NCBI GenBank assembly: GCA_964441155.1
Contig: CAYYKL010000001.1
Span: forward strand, 24,393 to 88,392
DNA length: 64,000 bases
Direction: 5' to 3'
From: an uncultured Pseudomonadales bacterium
GTDB lineage: Bacteria; Patescibacteriota; Microgenomatia; UBA1400; RBG-16-45-19
Position numbers and translations under genes: made by a program. This document shows positions 9,763 to 20,236 of the stretch, in pieces. Every line of letters starts with the position of its first letter. Within the stretch, counting starts at the first letter, position 1. The notes under the pieces are model-generated. The model did no database searches and was not told the DNA's origin. It was given only the letters and a program-made list of their open reading frames with translations.

Positions 9763-9972
9763 TTACCGAACCACAGACGCAAACTTTTCAAGTTCTTCAT
9801 GCTCAACAGTTAGTCTAGCCTCATCAATTAAATGGTTTAATGCCTTCTATACGTCTGGTGAAACAATTCTATTACTTCCATATTGTTCGCGAGCATACTT
9901 CAAAACTAGCTCTTCTTGTCCTTCTTCAATCTAAGGAGCAATAGAACTGATGACAAAAACTCCAGATTCCAT
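9763..9972 (-). pseudogene. Possible decayed small ORF with two in-frame TAG codons
   Basis: The frame from ATG at 9972 reads MESGVFVISSIAP*IEEGQEELVLKYAREQYGSNRIVSPDV*KALNHLIDEARLTVEHEELEKFASVVR*, with protein-like composition. It fills the ftsZ-ileS gap. Confidence 0.4.
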
Positions 9973-9980
9973 GGTTTAAG

Positions 9981-11258
9981 TTATTTCTTCTGCCTCAAGA
10001 AGGCCGGAATATCGAATTCGTCTTCGAAGGTGTCTTCTGCGCGAGCCGGTTTGCTTGAGTTAGTTGATTGTGGTTGTTTGTGTGTCGGCTTTGACGTAGA
10101 GAAATAATTGGGTGTTTCTATCTCTTCAGAATCATCATCAACTACAGGATCGGTCGTTTCGTCATCGTCAGTGACAGGGTCATCGGTTACGCTCGATGAT
10201 TGGCTTGATTGAAATGAGGCTTGAGGCGAATATGATTGTATTGGCTTGGAAGTGACACTCGGCGAGCGATCAATGCCACCAAATATGCCACCATGTTCCA
10301 TTCTGTCTTCAAATCCGGTGGCAATAACACTTATCTTTATTTCATCCTTCATTTCAGGTCTAATGGTGGCGCCAAAGATTATATTGGCATCGGGATCAGC
10401 GGATTGAGAAATGATTTGCGCGGCGTCGTTCACCTCGCTCATGGTCAAGTCTTCGCCGCCAATGATGTTAAACAAGATTCCTTTAGCGCCATCGATGGAA
10501 ACTTCTAGCAATGGAGAAGCCACAGCCGCCTTGGCTGCTGAGACAGCACGGTCACTACCAACACCTGTGCCAATACCCATTAATGCACTGCCTGCATCGG
10601 TCATAATCGCTCGAACATCAGCAAAGTCCACGTTAATGAGCCCTGGAACAGTTATGAGATCAGAAATGCCTTGCACGCCTTGTCCGAGCACGGAGTCGGC
10701 TACGCGAAATGCTTCGAGTAAAGACATTTGTTTGTCGATGACATCAATCAAGCGTTGGTTGGGAATAACAATCAGTGTGTCAACTTTTTCTTTGAGTTGA
10801 TCAATACCTTCTTCGGCTGTATTCATCCGCCGGTGTCCCTCGAATGAGAAAGGCTTGGTAACTACGGCCACTGTGAGCGCTCCCGTTTCTTTGGCAATTT
10901 CGGCAACCACCGCACTCGCACCTGTGCCCGTACCGCCACCCATCCCGGCAGTGATAAAAATCATGTCAGTGTTTTGGACGAGCTCCAAAATATGATCACG
11001 TGATTCTTCTGCCGCTTGGCGACCGATATCAGGATCGGCCCCAGAGCCTAAGCCCTTGGTCAAACTATCTCCGATTTGCAGCTTGGTTGTGGCTTGATTA
11101 TTAAGGAGTGCTTGAGAATCGGTGTTAATGGTTACAAACTCAACACCTTGAATTTTCTGATTGGCAACCATTGAGTTGATGGCATTGCCGCCACCCCCGC
11201 CTACACCAATGACTTTGATGTTGGCAAATGTATTGATGCTCGGTTTGACCAGTGCCAC
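9981..11258 (-). CDS. ftsZ: Cell division protein FtsZ
   Basis: [24 protein letters not shown] and C-terminal DIPAFLR. GTG start with AGGAG SD. Confidence 0.99.
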   Translation of the reverse strand: MALVKPSINTFANIKVIGVGGGGGNAINSMVANQKIQGVEFVTINTDSQALLNNQATTKLQIGDSLTKGLGSGADPDIGRQAAEESRDHILELVQNTDMIFITAGMGGGTGTGASAVVAEIAKETGALTVAVVTKPFSFEGHRRMNTAEEGIDQLKEKVDTLIVIPNQRLIDVIDKQMSLLEAFRVADSVLGQGVQGISDLITVPGLINVDFADVRAIMTDAGSALMGIGTGVGSDRAVSAAKAAVASPLLEVSIDGAKGILFNIIGGEDLTMSEVNDAAQIISQSADPDANIIFGATIRPEMKDEIKISVIATGFEDRMEHGGIFGGIDRSPSVTSKPIQSYSPQASFQSSQSSSVTDDPVTDDDETTDPVVDDDSEEIETPNYFSTSKPTHKQPQSTNSSKPARAEDTFEDEFDIPAFLRQKK

Positions 11259-11388
11259 TTGAGACTCCTAACGATCGCTTTTTTAGAATTACGTTTAATA
11301 ACCATGTATATCGAGGGCAAGTTTTGCAAGCAGTATACCACGAAGTCCTTATTTGGCCATATGTACCACCTCAAGGAAAAAGAGGAGG

Positions 11389-12696
11389 TTATGGGAGCAG
11401 ATTTTTGATCATGGCCACGAGTTTTTTAACCAGGTTTTTTCCAGAAACTTTAGGCAGATTTCCCATGAGTTGGTTGTCAGTTCGCTTGGGTTCGAAGTTT
11501 CGGTTTTTGAGGCCATAATGAATAAGCCCGACAGCACATGCATATTGTGGCGAGGACAACTCATCAATGAGACCCGATAAGCCTTTGGGTTCGCCAATGC
11601 GCGCTGGGACCGACAAGACTTTTTTAGCTAAGGAGTCGGCCATAACAGTAGACGCTCCGCCACCAGTCAACACCACACCGGCGGGAATTTGATGGAGTAA
11701 ATCTTTTTGTTTAAGCTCTTCGCGGATCAAGTTGAAGAGTTCACTTAAGCGGGGTTGGATAATACCTTGAATGATTTGTTTTTTTGAGGTCGTCGATGCT
11801 TCTTCGTTAATTCCCAAAGCTTGCAAATCAAGGAGGTCAAAATCTTTGCGAAGTTTGGTAATTTCTGATGCTGACGCCTCTTTTGGAGGCATAAAAATAA
11901 GCGCTTCTTTGGACAAATGAAGTTTTACGGCTTCAGCGTCTTTGAGGCTCAAGCGCATGCCGATAGCGATATCGTTGGTAATGTTTTTTGCCCCAACGGG
12001 CACCACAAACGAATGCGAAAGCGCCCCTTCAACAAACACGGTGACGCTGGTTGTGCCGGCACCCATATCTATAAGTGCGACTCCCAATTCTTTTTCTGTT
12101 TCTGACAACGTTGCATAGGCGCTGGCATAGCCCGAGAAAACGGTGCCATCGACTTGTATACCCAATTCGGTGATACATTTGTGCAAGTTTCGAATAGCCG
12201 TCGTTGAGCCAGAAACCAAATGAGCTTCTGCCTCAAGCCGAACTCCCGACATGCCGATTGGGTCTTTAATACCTGGTTGCGAATCGACCATGAAATCTCG
12301 GGGGATAACGTGGATAAGTTCTCGTGACGAGGGCAGAGAGACTGCTCGAGCGGCTTCGATCACTCGATCCACGTCTTCGATAATAATTTCACCTTCTGGT
12401 TCAGCTACTGCCACCACCCCTTTAGAATTTTGGGCGGCAATGTGAGCGCCAGAAATTGAAATAAAAGCGGAGTTTATGTTGTATCCGGCCATGCGCTCTG
12501 CCGATTCAACACTTGCTGTTATGGCCTCAATTGCCTCTTCAATGTCAACTATTTGACTTTTGCGCAAGCCCTTGCTGGGTGTTGATGCCACACCAATAAC
12601 ATTGGTTTTTCCTGATTCACTTGATTGGGTAGCGATGATAGTGCTGATTTTGTCAGAACCGATATCGATTCCAGCAATGACTGGTCCTTTTGGCAT
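11389..12696 (-). CDS. ftsA: Cell division protein FtsA
   Basis: GIDIGS, AERMAG, IDMGAGTT and VLTGGG; upstream of ftsZ. Confidence 0.97.
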   Translation of the reverse strand: MPKGPVIAGIDIGSDKISTIIATQSSESGKTNVIGVASTPSKGLRKSQIVDIEEAIEAITASVESAERMAGYNINSAFISISGAHIAAQNSKGVVAVAEPEGEIIIEDVDRVIEAARAVSLPSSRELIHVIPRDFMVDSQPGIKDPIGMSGVRLEAEAHLVSGSTTAIRNLHKCITELGIQVDGTVFSGYASAYATLSETEKELGVALIDMGAGTTSVTVFVEGALSHSFVVPVGAKNITNDIAIGMRLSLKDAEAVKLHLSKEALIFMPPKEASASEITKLRKDFDLLDLQALGINEEASTTSKKQIIQGIIQPRLSELFNLIREELKQKDLLHQIPAGVVLTGGGASTVMADSLAKKVLSVPARIGEPKGLSGLIDELSSPQYACAVGLIHYGLKNRNFEPKRTDNQLMGNLPKVSGKNLVKKLVAMIKNLLP

Positions 12697-12798
12697 ATGG
12701 TGAAATTATCCTTACTGTGTATGTTTCATTATACCCCACAAACAACGTGGCAAGAGCAAAAAATCCACTGCCCAGAACAATATCCAAAGCTCATGTAT

Positions 12799-13578
12799 TT
12801 ACTGCAACACTGGACGCTGGGGGCGCAGGTCGATAACTCTTGGGTTTGTTTCCATTGTATCTGTCCCTAAAATTATTTGTAAAGAGGCCACCTGATGTTC
12901 TAATGATTTGAAACTGGTAAACAAGAGTTTGATTGATTGGCTCACCACTTCAATTCTTTGCGCTGACGCTACGGTGACACTTGTCATGGGAATATCGCGC
13001 TCGAGCAGCAGAGCATACAACTGTGTGGCAGCCAACAGCCCGGGATCTTTAATGACACTTCCCACTTCTGGCTGCAAAGGCTCTAAGCTTTGAATTTGAA
13101 ACAGATTTGCATAGGGAGTAGGTGAAAACTCAGTTATGACCATTTTCGTGTTAACAAGCAGAGACGCTGACTCTGATGCAGTCACAATTTGTGCCAATGG
13201 CTGGCTTTGCTCCAGATTAACCACCAATGTCGATGGCAATTGAACTGCTGCCACTACCGTTTCGAATTGGGGTAAGGCATGTGCAAAAGTGGTCTCAATA
13301 GACTTAGGGTCCAAAAACAATGCCTGCTTCCCCATATTTTGGTCGGCAATTGACTGGACTTCAGCTGAGCAGGGCACACTCTCATCAGCAAAGCATTCGA
13401 CCGTATTAATGGTCATGCGTGAAAAGCACAAAAAACTTAAAGCGATCAAAGCAAGAGGAAGTGCGTATAAAGGATTGAGCTTGGATAACATTTGAACAAT
13501 GCCAATTCGAATGCTTGGAATAGTTGAGTTTTTTACTCTAGGCGTTGATCGTTTGGCACGGGTTTGGACAAAGCGCAT
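12799..13578 (-). CDS. ftsQ: Divergent FtsQ/DivIB-like cell division protein
   Basis: Basic N-terminus, single TM, POTRA-like region and C-terminal IDLR; located between murG and ftsA. Confidence 0.7.
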   Translation of the reverse strand: MRFVQTRAKRSTPRVKNSTIPSIRIGIVQMLSKLNPLYALPLALIALSFLCFSRMTINTVECFADESVPCSAEVQSIADQNMGKQALFLDPKSIETTFAHALPQFETVVAAVQLPSTLVVNLEQSQPLAQIVTASESASLLVNTKMVITEFSPTPYANLFQIQSLEPLQPEVGSVIKDPGLLAATQLYALLLERDIPMTSVTVASAQRIEVVSQSIKLLFTSFKSLEHQVASLQIILGTDTMETNPRVIDLRPQRPVLQ

Positions 13579-13582
13579 GTTC

Positions 13583-14692
13583 TCATTCTAGCAAGGATTT
13601 GACGAGCGCATAGAAACGAGCCGCACTCTGTGGGTCTTGCAAATTGGTCAGTTTTTTAGCTCGCTTGGTATATGCATCCAGATGTTTGCTTATTGTTTCA
13701 ATTGCAGCCAGGAGTGTTTGAGGTTTGAAATCAACCTGTTTGAGCAAGATACCCGCTTTTTTATCAGTGATAAATCGTGCATTTTTTTCCTGCTCACTAT
13801 TTTGAGAGCCAAAAAGTGGCACCATTACCGCGGGTACACCACAGCTCATAATTTCACTGACGGTGTTGCCTCCGGAGCGGGACAACACTATGGTTGCGTG
13901 CTGCAACAAGAAGCCAAATTCGGTAGCTGTGAGCATGTTTTTGACATACAAGTGTTTGCGTGAGTGAAGCAGCAATTGCTCTCGCATGGTGGTTACTTTG
14001 TCAAAATCAGCAAAAGCTTGCGCGTTCCCCGTTTGCAACACAATCGTGAATTTTTCCAACAATACTTCCAACACCATCATCACCACTTGGTTGATGACAT
14101 GTGATCCCTGACTTCCCCCGGTAATAAGCAGGAGAGGACGGGTAAGCCGAGGCGCAAACCACTCTGGCCGGGGTTGTTCTTGCCAAATTTCTTCACGAAT
14201 CAGGTTCCCAGTAATCACCGTTTTCTTTTTGGGAAAATATTTATATGAGCTTTCATACGACAAGGCGATCTTAGCCGCAAATTTCCCCACCAATTGATTG
14301 GCTAAACCGGCTGCGGCAGTTTGCTCGTGAATAACCACCGGAATTCCCGTAAAGTAGCCCGCCAAACATAACGGTAGTCCCACAAAAGAGCCAAAACTAA
14401 TAATCACGTCTGGTTTCTCTGCCCTAACCAATTTGATTGCTGTAATGGTAGTAAAGAGAATTTTCCAGAGCGAGAGAATCGAGGTAATTTTGTTATATCG
14501 ATCATATTTGACCGAAGAAAGGGGAATAAATCGGCAACCCAATCCTTTAGCTGTCGCTTCTTCGTTAGATGTGGTGGCGTGTACTTTGGCATATTCCCTG
14601 CCAACCACCACCACTTGGTCATCCGCTTCACGAGCGATTTTAATAAATGCGACAGCTGGAGTTATATGTCCACCTGAAACAAGATATTTCAT
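13583..14692 (-). CDS. murG: Lipid II synthase MurG
   Basis: GGHITPA, HEQ, GLAN, TGNLIR, GGSQG, SRSGG and EQEKNA. Confidence 0.95.
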   Translation of the reverse strand: MKYLVSGGHITPAVAFIKIAREADDQVVVVGREYAKVHATTSNEEATAKGLGCRFIPLSSVKYDRYNKITSILSLWKILFTTITAIKLVRAEKPDVIISFGSFVGLPLCLAGYFTGIPVVIHEQTAAAGLANQLVGKFAAKIALSYESSYKYFPKKKTVITGNLIREEIWQEQPRPEWFAPRLTRPLLLITGGSQGSHVINQVVMMVLEVLLEKFTIVLQTGNAQAFADFDKVTTMREQLLLHSRKHLYVKNMLTATEFGFLLQHATIVLSRSGGNTVSEIMSCGVPAVMVPLFGSQNSEQEKNARFITDKKAGILLKQVDFKPQTLLAAIETISKHLDAYTKRAKKLTNLQDPQSAARFYALVKSLLE

Positions 14693-14695
14693 AGA

Positions 14696-15844
14696 TTACC
14701 GCCTAGTTACCCGAGCAAACCACCCAGGATTTCGATACCGAGAGGCATTTAAATATAAGCCCACTCCTGCCATCATGGTGATTAATGTCGAGCCGCCATA
14801 GGACACAAACGGCAATGGTACACCCGTCAGGGGAACCAAAACAACCATGGCACTCAAATTAAGTAGCGTTTGAATCGTGATCCAGGTGACCACACTCAAG
14901 GATAAAAGCCGAGCAAATTGGTCTTGAATTCGGTTGGCCACACTAAACCCTCGGGTAATGAGCACGCCATACACGCCAATAACCACACTTGATCCCAAAA
15001 ACCCGAGCTCTTCAGCCACCACAGCAAAAATCGAGTCCGTTGTCGCTTCGGGTAAATATTGATATTTTTGCCTGGAGCGCCCGATGCCAGTGCCGTACCA
15101 ACCACCCGAACCCAAGCCTATAACCACTTGGCGAATATGGTACGACTTGCCTTGGGGATCAGTGGTGGGAGATAAAAAGGTGGTCAAACGGGCGCGACGA
15201 TACGGACTACCCAGGATTAACATGCTCCCCATAAAAAGCCCTAAGAGCATAATGGCTCCCAAATATTTGAGTTTTGCGCCCGACATAAAATACATAATCA
15301 GGGCAAATACCGCGAGCACGATAGCAGTACCCATATCTGGCTCGAGCAAGAGCAAGCCCATCATGAGACCCACCAAACCCAAAAATGGCTCGAACCGCTG
15401 ATGTTTGGTGAGCCAGGACGAGAAATAGACAGCTACCGCAAGCTTAGTAACTTCTGATGGCTGCAAGTTGAAAAACCCTAAAGGAATCCAGCGCCGCGCT
15501 CCCTGAACTTTGGAGCCAATTCCAGGGATTAACACTGCAACGAGCAGCACAATGGCACCGATAAACAGCGGTTTGGCCAGTTTTTTTACCAGTGTGAGTG
15601 GCGTCAACCAAGTGACACACATTACAGCAAGACTTAAGAGCACCCACAATGCATGACGCCGGGCAAAATGGAATTTATCTCCAAACTGGGCATAGGCTTC
15701 CACCACTGATGCATCAAAAACCATAAGCAAGCCAAAAGCCAATAATCCCAAAATGAGACTCAGAAAAATCCAATCCACTTTGGCTGGATACTTTCCTTTT
15801 TTAAGGGTCTTGGATGTTTTTAATTGTTGGCGTTGTCGTCTCAT
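14696..15844 (-). CDS. ftsW: SEDS peptidoglycan glycosyltransferase FtsW
   Basis: GARRW, QPSE, EPDMGT, LPEATTDSIF and GVPLPFVSYGGS; between murD and murG. Confidence 0.95.
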   Translation of the reverse strand: MRRQRQQLKTSKTLKKGKYPAKVDWIFLSLILGLLAFGLLMVFDASVVEAYAQFGDKFHFARRHALWVLLSLAVMCVTWLTPLTLVKKLAKPLFIGAIVLLVAVLIPGIGSKVQGARRWIPLGFFNLQPSEVTKLAVAVYFSSWLTKHQRFEPFLGLVGLMMGLLLLEPDMGTAIVLAVFALIMYFMSGAKLKYLGAIMLLGLFMGSMLILGSPYRRARLTTFLSPTTDPQGKSYHIRQVVIGLGSGGWYGTGIGRSRQKYQYLPEATTDSIFAVVAEELGFLGSSVVIGVYGVLITRGFSVANRIQDQFARLLSLSVVTWITIQTLLNLSAMVVLVPLTGVPLPFVSYGGSTLITMMAGVGLYLNASRYRNPGWFARVTRR

Positions 15845-17187
15845 GGTGCGCTCATTTCTTTCACTAAGGTTTTGAATGCGTCCCCTCGCTGTGCATAATC
15901 GGCGAAGGCATTAAAGCTCGCTGCAGCGGGAGAAAGTAAAATCACTTCTCCAGGCTTAGTTGCGGAAAAAGCCTGCTGCACTGCTTCAGCTAAATTATTG
16001 ACCTTGATAGTGTTTTTTTGTGACATGTGCCCAAGTGACTCAAGTAATGCCCATCCTGTTTCGGGCATGCCAATAATAGTGTGGAAGTTAGAGTCAGCAA
16101 TATGGGGAACAAGCGTTTCAAAGGTTTGCCCCCGATTAAAGCCACCAACCAACAAGCAGCCTGATTTTTCGCCACAGGCAGTGATAGCCGCAATCGTCGC
16201 TTCTGGAATCGTAGCTAGCGAATCGTTAATACACTCTCTGCCCGCAAATATTCCGATCTGCTCAAATCGATGTGGCAAGCCTATAAAATCAGCCAGAGAT
16301 TCAAATAGTTGAGCTTCTGGTATGTTCTCACTTTGTGCAATCGACAAAAGCGCATGCACGGAGAGCTCGTTAATCCCAGGATGATTCGTGAGCCATGTTT
16401 TTGCTTCTGCTGAAAGGGCGCGAGTTTCGCCCCCAAAGAGCACTTTTGTGCCTGATCCCTCTCCCGAAAAATAACTCAAAACTCGGGCATCGTCGGCCAG
16501 ATAAGCAATGTCGTGAGCCTTTTGAAAGGCAACAATGTTCACTTTTGCACCAGCATAGACATCAAAAGAAGGATAATAATCAAAATGTTCTCGATATAGA
16601 TTCAGAATCACTGCCTGGTGCGGACTGACAACCACATCAAGCAATTGATGTGAGGACAGTTCATAGACGATTTTTGTGTCTGGAGTGATTTGCGCGATAG
16701 ATTCAAAAGCTGGTTTGCCAATATTTCCCAATAAAATCGTATCCGGATGAATCAGCTTAAGAGCTGTGTAGATTAAACTTGAGGTGGTACTCTTTCCTTT
16801 TGTGCCCGTGATGCCAATGGTTTGTGAGCCAAAAAGGGCCAAAAACTCATTGGTTTGGCTAGTCACTGTTTGTTGGTGAGTCAAGCGTGATTGAAAATCT
16901 GGGTTAAACGGCGATACTCCGGGTGAACGGAAAATGACGTCAAATGCACTCAGCTCATCAAGCCAGGATTCTCCCCAATACCCGCTGATTTCATATTTCT
17001 GCATTAATTCCTGAGTCTCTGGGGCAAGTGAATCGAGCGGTTTTTGGTCAGCAACAGCAATGCGTGCGCCAATCCCTTGCTCAAGCAATAGCTTTGCCGT
17101 CGACAAGCCTTCCCTGCCCATGCCCAGGACTAAGATTTGAGCATCACCGTACGTTGTTTTAAGATGATCAAGTAGAGGTGAGTTCAT
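15841..17187 (-). CDS. murD: UDP-MurNAc-L-Ala--glutamate ligase (MurD, probably L-Glu-adding MurD2)
   Basis: SPGV, GITGTKGKSTT, GNIG, ELSSHQL, NDSLAT and LLSPAAASF. ATGA overlap with the upstream MurL-like gene. Confidence 0.93.
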   Translation of the reverse strand: MNSPLLDHLKTTYGDAQILVLGMGREGLSTAKLLLEQGIGARIAVADQKPLDSLAPETQELMQKYEISGYWGESWLDELSAFDVIFRSPGVSPFNPDFQSRLTHQQTVTSQTNEFLALFGSQTIGITGTKGKSTTSSLIYTALKLIHPDTILLGNIGKPAFESIAQITPDTKIVYELSSHQLLDVVVSPHQAVILNLYREHFDYYPSFDVYAGAKVNIVAFQKAHDIAYLADDARVLSYFSGEGSGTKVLFGGETRALSAEAKTWLTNHPGINELSVHALLSIAQSENIPEAQLFESLADFIGLPHRFEQIGIFAGRECINDSLATIPEATIAAITACGEKSGCLLVGGFNRGQTFETLVPHIADSNFHTIIGMPETGWALLESLGHMSQKNTIKVNNLAEAVQQAFSATKPGEVILLSPAAASFNAFADYAQRGDAFKTLVKEMSAP

Positions 17188-18536
17188 AGTTTGGTGATGA
17201 GATGTAATTGATTTAGTAGTGCTGGTGGCACGAGCGTGTCGTTGCCCCATGACTGCATAAAATCTTCTTGCCTGGCTTGACTATTCTGATCAGGTGGATA
17301 GTGTTTTTTTACATAAGCTAAGACTGGAGGCAAGCTTTCATTGTAGAGCTTGGAGCAAAGCTCAAATGCGAGTCGCGTCTCTTCTCGAGTACCCACACAT
17401 TCAAACGGTTTTGCTTGTGTCTCATTGAGACTCGCATCAATGAGCGGGATCAAATCTAGATTTCTAAACACATCGCCGCCAAAAAAATGGATGGTTCGGT
17501 CCAAGCCAATAAACGGCGCAAGTGCACTAAAGGTAAACAAACATTTGGGACAATTTTTGCACCATGAAGTTTTCGATCGGTTACAGCTTAAGAATGCATC
17601 AAAATATTCTGGGAATTGACTAAACACGCGCGCAATTTGCAATTCATACAGAGGCCGCAATAGTGAAAAGTAGGCAATGCTACCTGAAAGATGTTGCTTG
17701 ATGTAGGCAGCTACCTCTAATTCAAACGCAAATGACTTCGAGTATTGGTGGTTAATTTCCTGTTCTTTCCACAACACATTACCTTCATCACTGCTGCGCT
17801 CATTCCCGACAACCAGTTGATTAAAACCATGGAGGTGCGCCACCAGTGCGGACAGAAATGCCAAAAGTGCCGAAAATGGTGTGTGGCCGTTGAGATACCC
17901 TTTGGCATCAAGCTCAAGCAACTGAGAATCTATGGAGCGAGAAACCTTAATAGGATTAGTAAAACCTGCAATTCGGGAAACTTCGAGCGCAGCCGGGGTT
18001 GGATTAAGAAGCAACACTTGTGCGCTCTCCCCAGTTGCTTTAACCGTTTCGAGTGCGACAACTGAATCTTTGCCACCTCCGACTAGAATTAAGTTATCAG
18101 GTTTCAGGTTTTGGTTGTTGGCATCTGATTGTGGTGCGAATACTGTGTCACTATCGACCTGAAATTGCACTAAGTCGTCACGAGTGAAATCTATGTCATT
18201 TTGATAAAAATACTCTCCCATGCCCTGAATGAGCAAGTTTCGCCAAAAAACTAATTGTTCTGGGGTGAGCATGCCTGCTTTGATGATAATTTCGGGCGAG
18301 CACGTAGCTTTCCAATAGCTTAGTAGCTCCACCATGCCCAGTGTGAAAACGAACGCATCGATTGATTCCAGCGAGTAGTTTTCGGGCAAAGGAATGTGAA
18401 CCGTGGGACGAAACACAAGATTAGGCTCAATCGAAAATTGCCAGGTAATCAGCAATTCCCTCTCCCTAACCTCATGAGCAAAGGAGTCATACGAAAATAC
18501 GGGATGTTTTTGGCGCAAGTGTGAAAACGTATCCAT
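17184..18536 (-). CDS. murL: UDP-MurNAc-L-Ala-L-Glu epimerase (MurL family)
   Basis: PP-loop-like GGGKDS, LNGHTPFSA, NERS, NHQYSKS, SCN, WCxxCPKC and KPFECVG; translationally coupled to murD. Confidence 0.82.
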   Translation of the reverse strand: MDTFSHLRQKHPVFSYDSFAHEVRERELLITWQFSIEPNLVFRPTVHIPLPENYSLESIDAFVFTLGMVELLSYWKATCSPEIIIKAGMLTPEQLVFWRNLLIQGMGEYFYQNDIDFTRDDLVQFQVDSDTVFAPQSDANNQNLKPDNLILVGGGKDSVVALETVKATGESAQVLLLNPTPAALEVSRIAGFTNPIKVSRSIDSQLLELDAKGYLNGHTPFSALLAFLSALVAHLHGFNQLVVGNERSSDEGNVLWKEQEINHQYSKSFAFELEVAAYIKQHLSGSIAYFSLLRPLYELQIARVFSQFPEYFDAFLSCNRSKTSWCKNCPKCLFTFSALAPFIGLDRTIHFFGGDVFRNLDLIPLIDASLNETQAKPFECVGTREETRLAFELCSKLYNESLPPVLAYVKKHYPPDQNSQARQEDFMQSWGNDTLVPPALLNQLHLITKL

Positions 18537-18609
18537 GTGAGGTTATTGTACTAGAAGCGATTAACTTATCACACCTCACCTGATTTACTCATTTTGCTTC
18601 CAAGAAAAA

Positions 18610-19110
18610 TTAATTTCTTGAAAATTGTCCTGTCCCACCATATAAGTCGTCATCAGAGGAATGGCTTCCCGCGTCAGGATCAACTTGTGTTAAATTTCGT
18701 CTTTTTTGGAAGCCTTCTAACTGTCGCCTCGCTGATTCTATCTCCTCAGGAGAAAAGTCTTTGACAGCAATCTCAAACGCTTGTGTATAATATTGCTGAA
18801 ATTCTGCTTCGAGTTTTGGATCCATTTTTTTCCCAACAGCACTAGTTTGCTCACCTAAATACCCATTTCGCCATTGAAAAAGAGTGTCTCTTTGTAATGT
18901 CTTTTTTTGATCAAATGAGTTGGGGTCATCTGTCTCCGCTTTATTGAGCATTCTAATTTCATTATCTGCCCACGCCAATTGATCTGACGCATACAGGTCT
19001 CGCCAAGCTGTCTCACCCCATACACCATAATTTCGAGCACTTTGGATTCTGTCTGGAGGAATTATGCTTGAGTCTAAACCTGGGATATTCGCATCTACAG
19101 CATCAATCAT
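18610..19110 (-). CDS. Hypothetical protein
   Basis: 166-aa ORF filling the mraY-murL gap, with an AAGGA SD and an upstream TATAGT; no motif recognised. Confidence 0.7.
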   Translation of the reverse strand: MIDAVDANIPGLDSSIIPPDRIQSARNYGVWGETAWRDLYASDQLAWADNEIRMLNKAETDDPNSFDQKKTLQRDTLFQWRNGYLGEQTSAVGKKMDPKLEAEFQQYYTQAFEIAVKDFSPEEIESARRQLEGFQKRRNLTQVDPDAGSHSSDDDLYGGTGQFSRN

Positions 19111-19201
19111 AAAATATTTTCCTTCAAATTTTTTGTAATAAATCCATTCTACTATACGGCGTATCTTCTTTTCTTTATCAGTTAATTTCTACTGTGAAAA
19201 G

Positions 19202-20233
19202 TTAGATTAGTGCCAGCCACACACCAAAAATGGCAAGCATTATGCCAGCCAACCAGGCACGCATCACAATTTTTGGCTCGCCCCACCCGACCATCTGCAA
19301 CCACAAATGCACGGGAGCAACCGGCAAGATTTTTTTGTGACGCAATTTTTTGGATGAAAGCTGAATGAGGGACGAAAGAAGTTCAACCACAAACAAGCCC
19401 CCAATAATTACCAATGCCAATGTCTTGCCGAGCAGTAATCCAACCACGGCAAAGGTGGCGCCAAACGAAAGCGAGCCTACATCCCCCAAAAAAATACGTG
19501 CCGGAAAAATGTTGAAGTAGAGAAACGCTATAAGGGAGCCAAGCCAGAGAGCTAAAAAGATTGACAGTGGTGTATCAAGAATTGATGATGACAACATCCA
19601 AAACGCAAACAAGGCAATCATGAGTAATCCCGCCGCCAGCCCATCGAGACCATCGGTTATGTTGACTGCATTGGCAAACGAAACAATCACAAACGCGGCA
19701 AATGGCACATAGAGCCATCCCAGGTGAATGATGCCAATATAGTTTATGTAGACAAAATCGATGTGCAAATTGGCAAATAACAATAGGGATATAATGAGCG
19801 CTAATATCCACTGGATGACAAATTTGTGCCGCAAGCGCAAGCCAAAGAATTTGTTACTATCGACTTTGAAAAACTTCATGATGTCGTCATAGAGGCCCAA
19901 CATGCCAAAACTTAAGAACGAGAAGAACAAAATATTCACTTGTTGCGTCAGTGGATGAATGTGCGTGACTTCAACCCCAAACACTTTAAGCAAGGGGAAA
20001 AGCAGCAAAAACATCAAGGAAACTATGGCAATAATGAGCAATCCCCCGCCAATCGGTGTGCCAGCTTTTTCTTTGTGCAGTGAGTCAAAAATGGGTGTCC
20101 TTTTGCCAAACGCATCGGTCGTTTTTTGTTCGAGGCGTTGGAATTTGAGTTTGTAGAGCAAGTTGATGAAGGGAATTAGCGCAACACCGGTGATGGTGAA
20201 GGAAAAGATGAGTAGACCGATTAAAAGCAACAT
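19202..20233 (-). CDS. mraY: Phospho-N-acetylmuramoyl-pentapeptide transferase MraY
   Basis: KAGTPIGGG, GLYDD, NAVNITDGLDGL, FLGDVGS and APVH. Confidence 0.96.
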   Translation of the reverse strand: MLLLIGLLIFSFTITGVALIPFINLLYKLKFQRLEQKTTDAFGKRTPIFDSLHKEKAGTPIGGGLLIIAIVSLMFLLLFPLLKVFGVEVTHIHPLTQQVNILFFSFLSFGMLGLYDDIMKFFKVDSNKFFGLRLRHKFVIQWILALIISLLLFANLHIDFVYINYIGIIHLGWLYVPFAAFVIVSFANAVNITDGLDGLAAGLLMIALFAFWMLSSSILDTPLSIFLALWLGSLIAFLYFNIFPARIFLGDVGSLSFGATFAVVGLLLGKTLALVIIGGLFVVELLSSLIQLSSKKLRHKKILPVAPVHLWLQMVGWGEPKIVMRAWLAGIMLAIFGVWLALI

Positions 20234-20236
20234 AAT

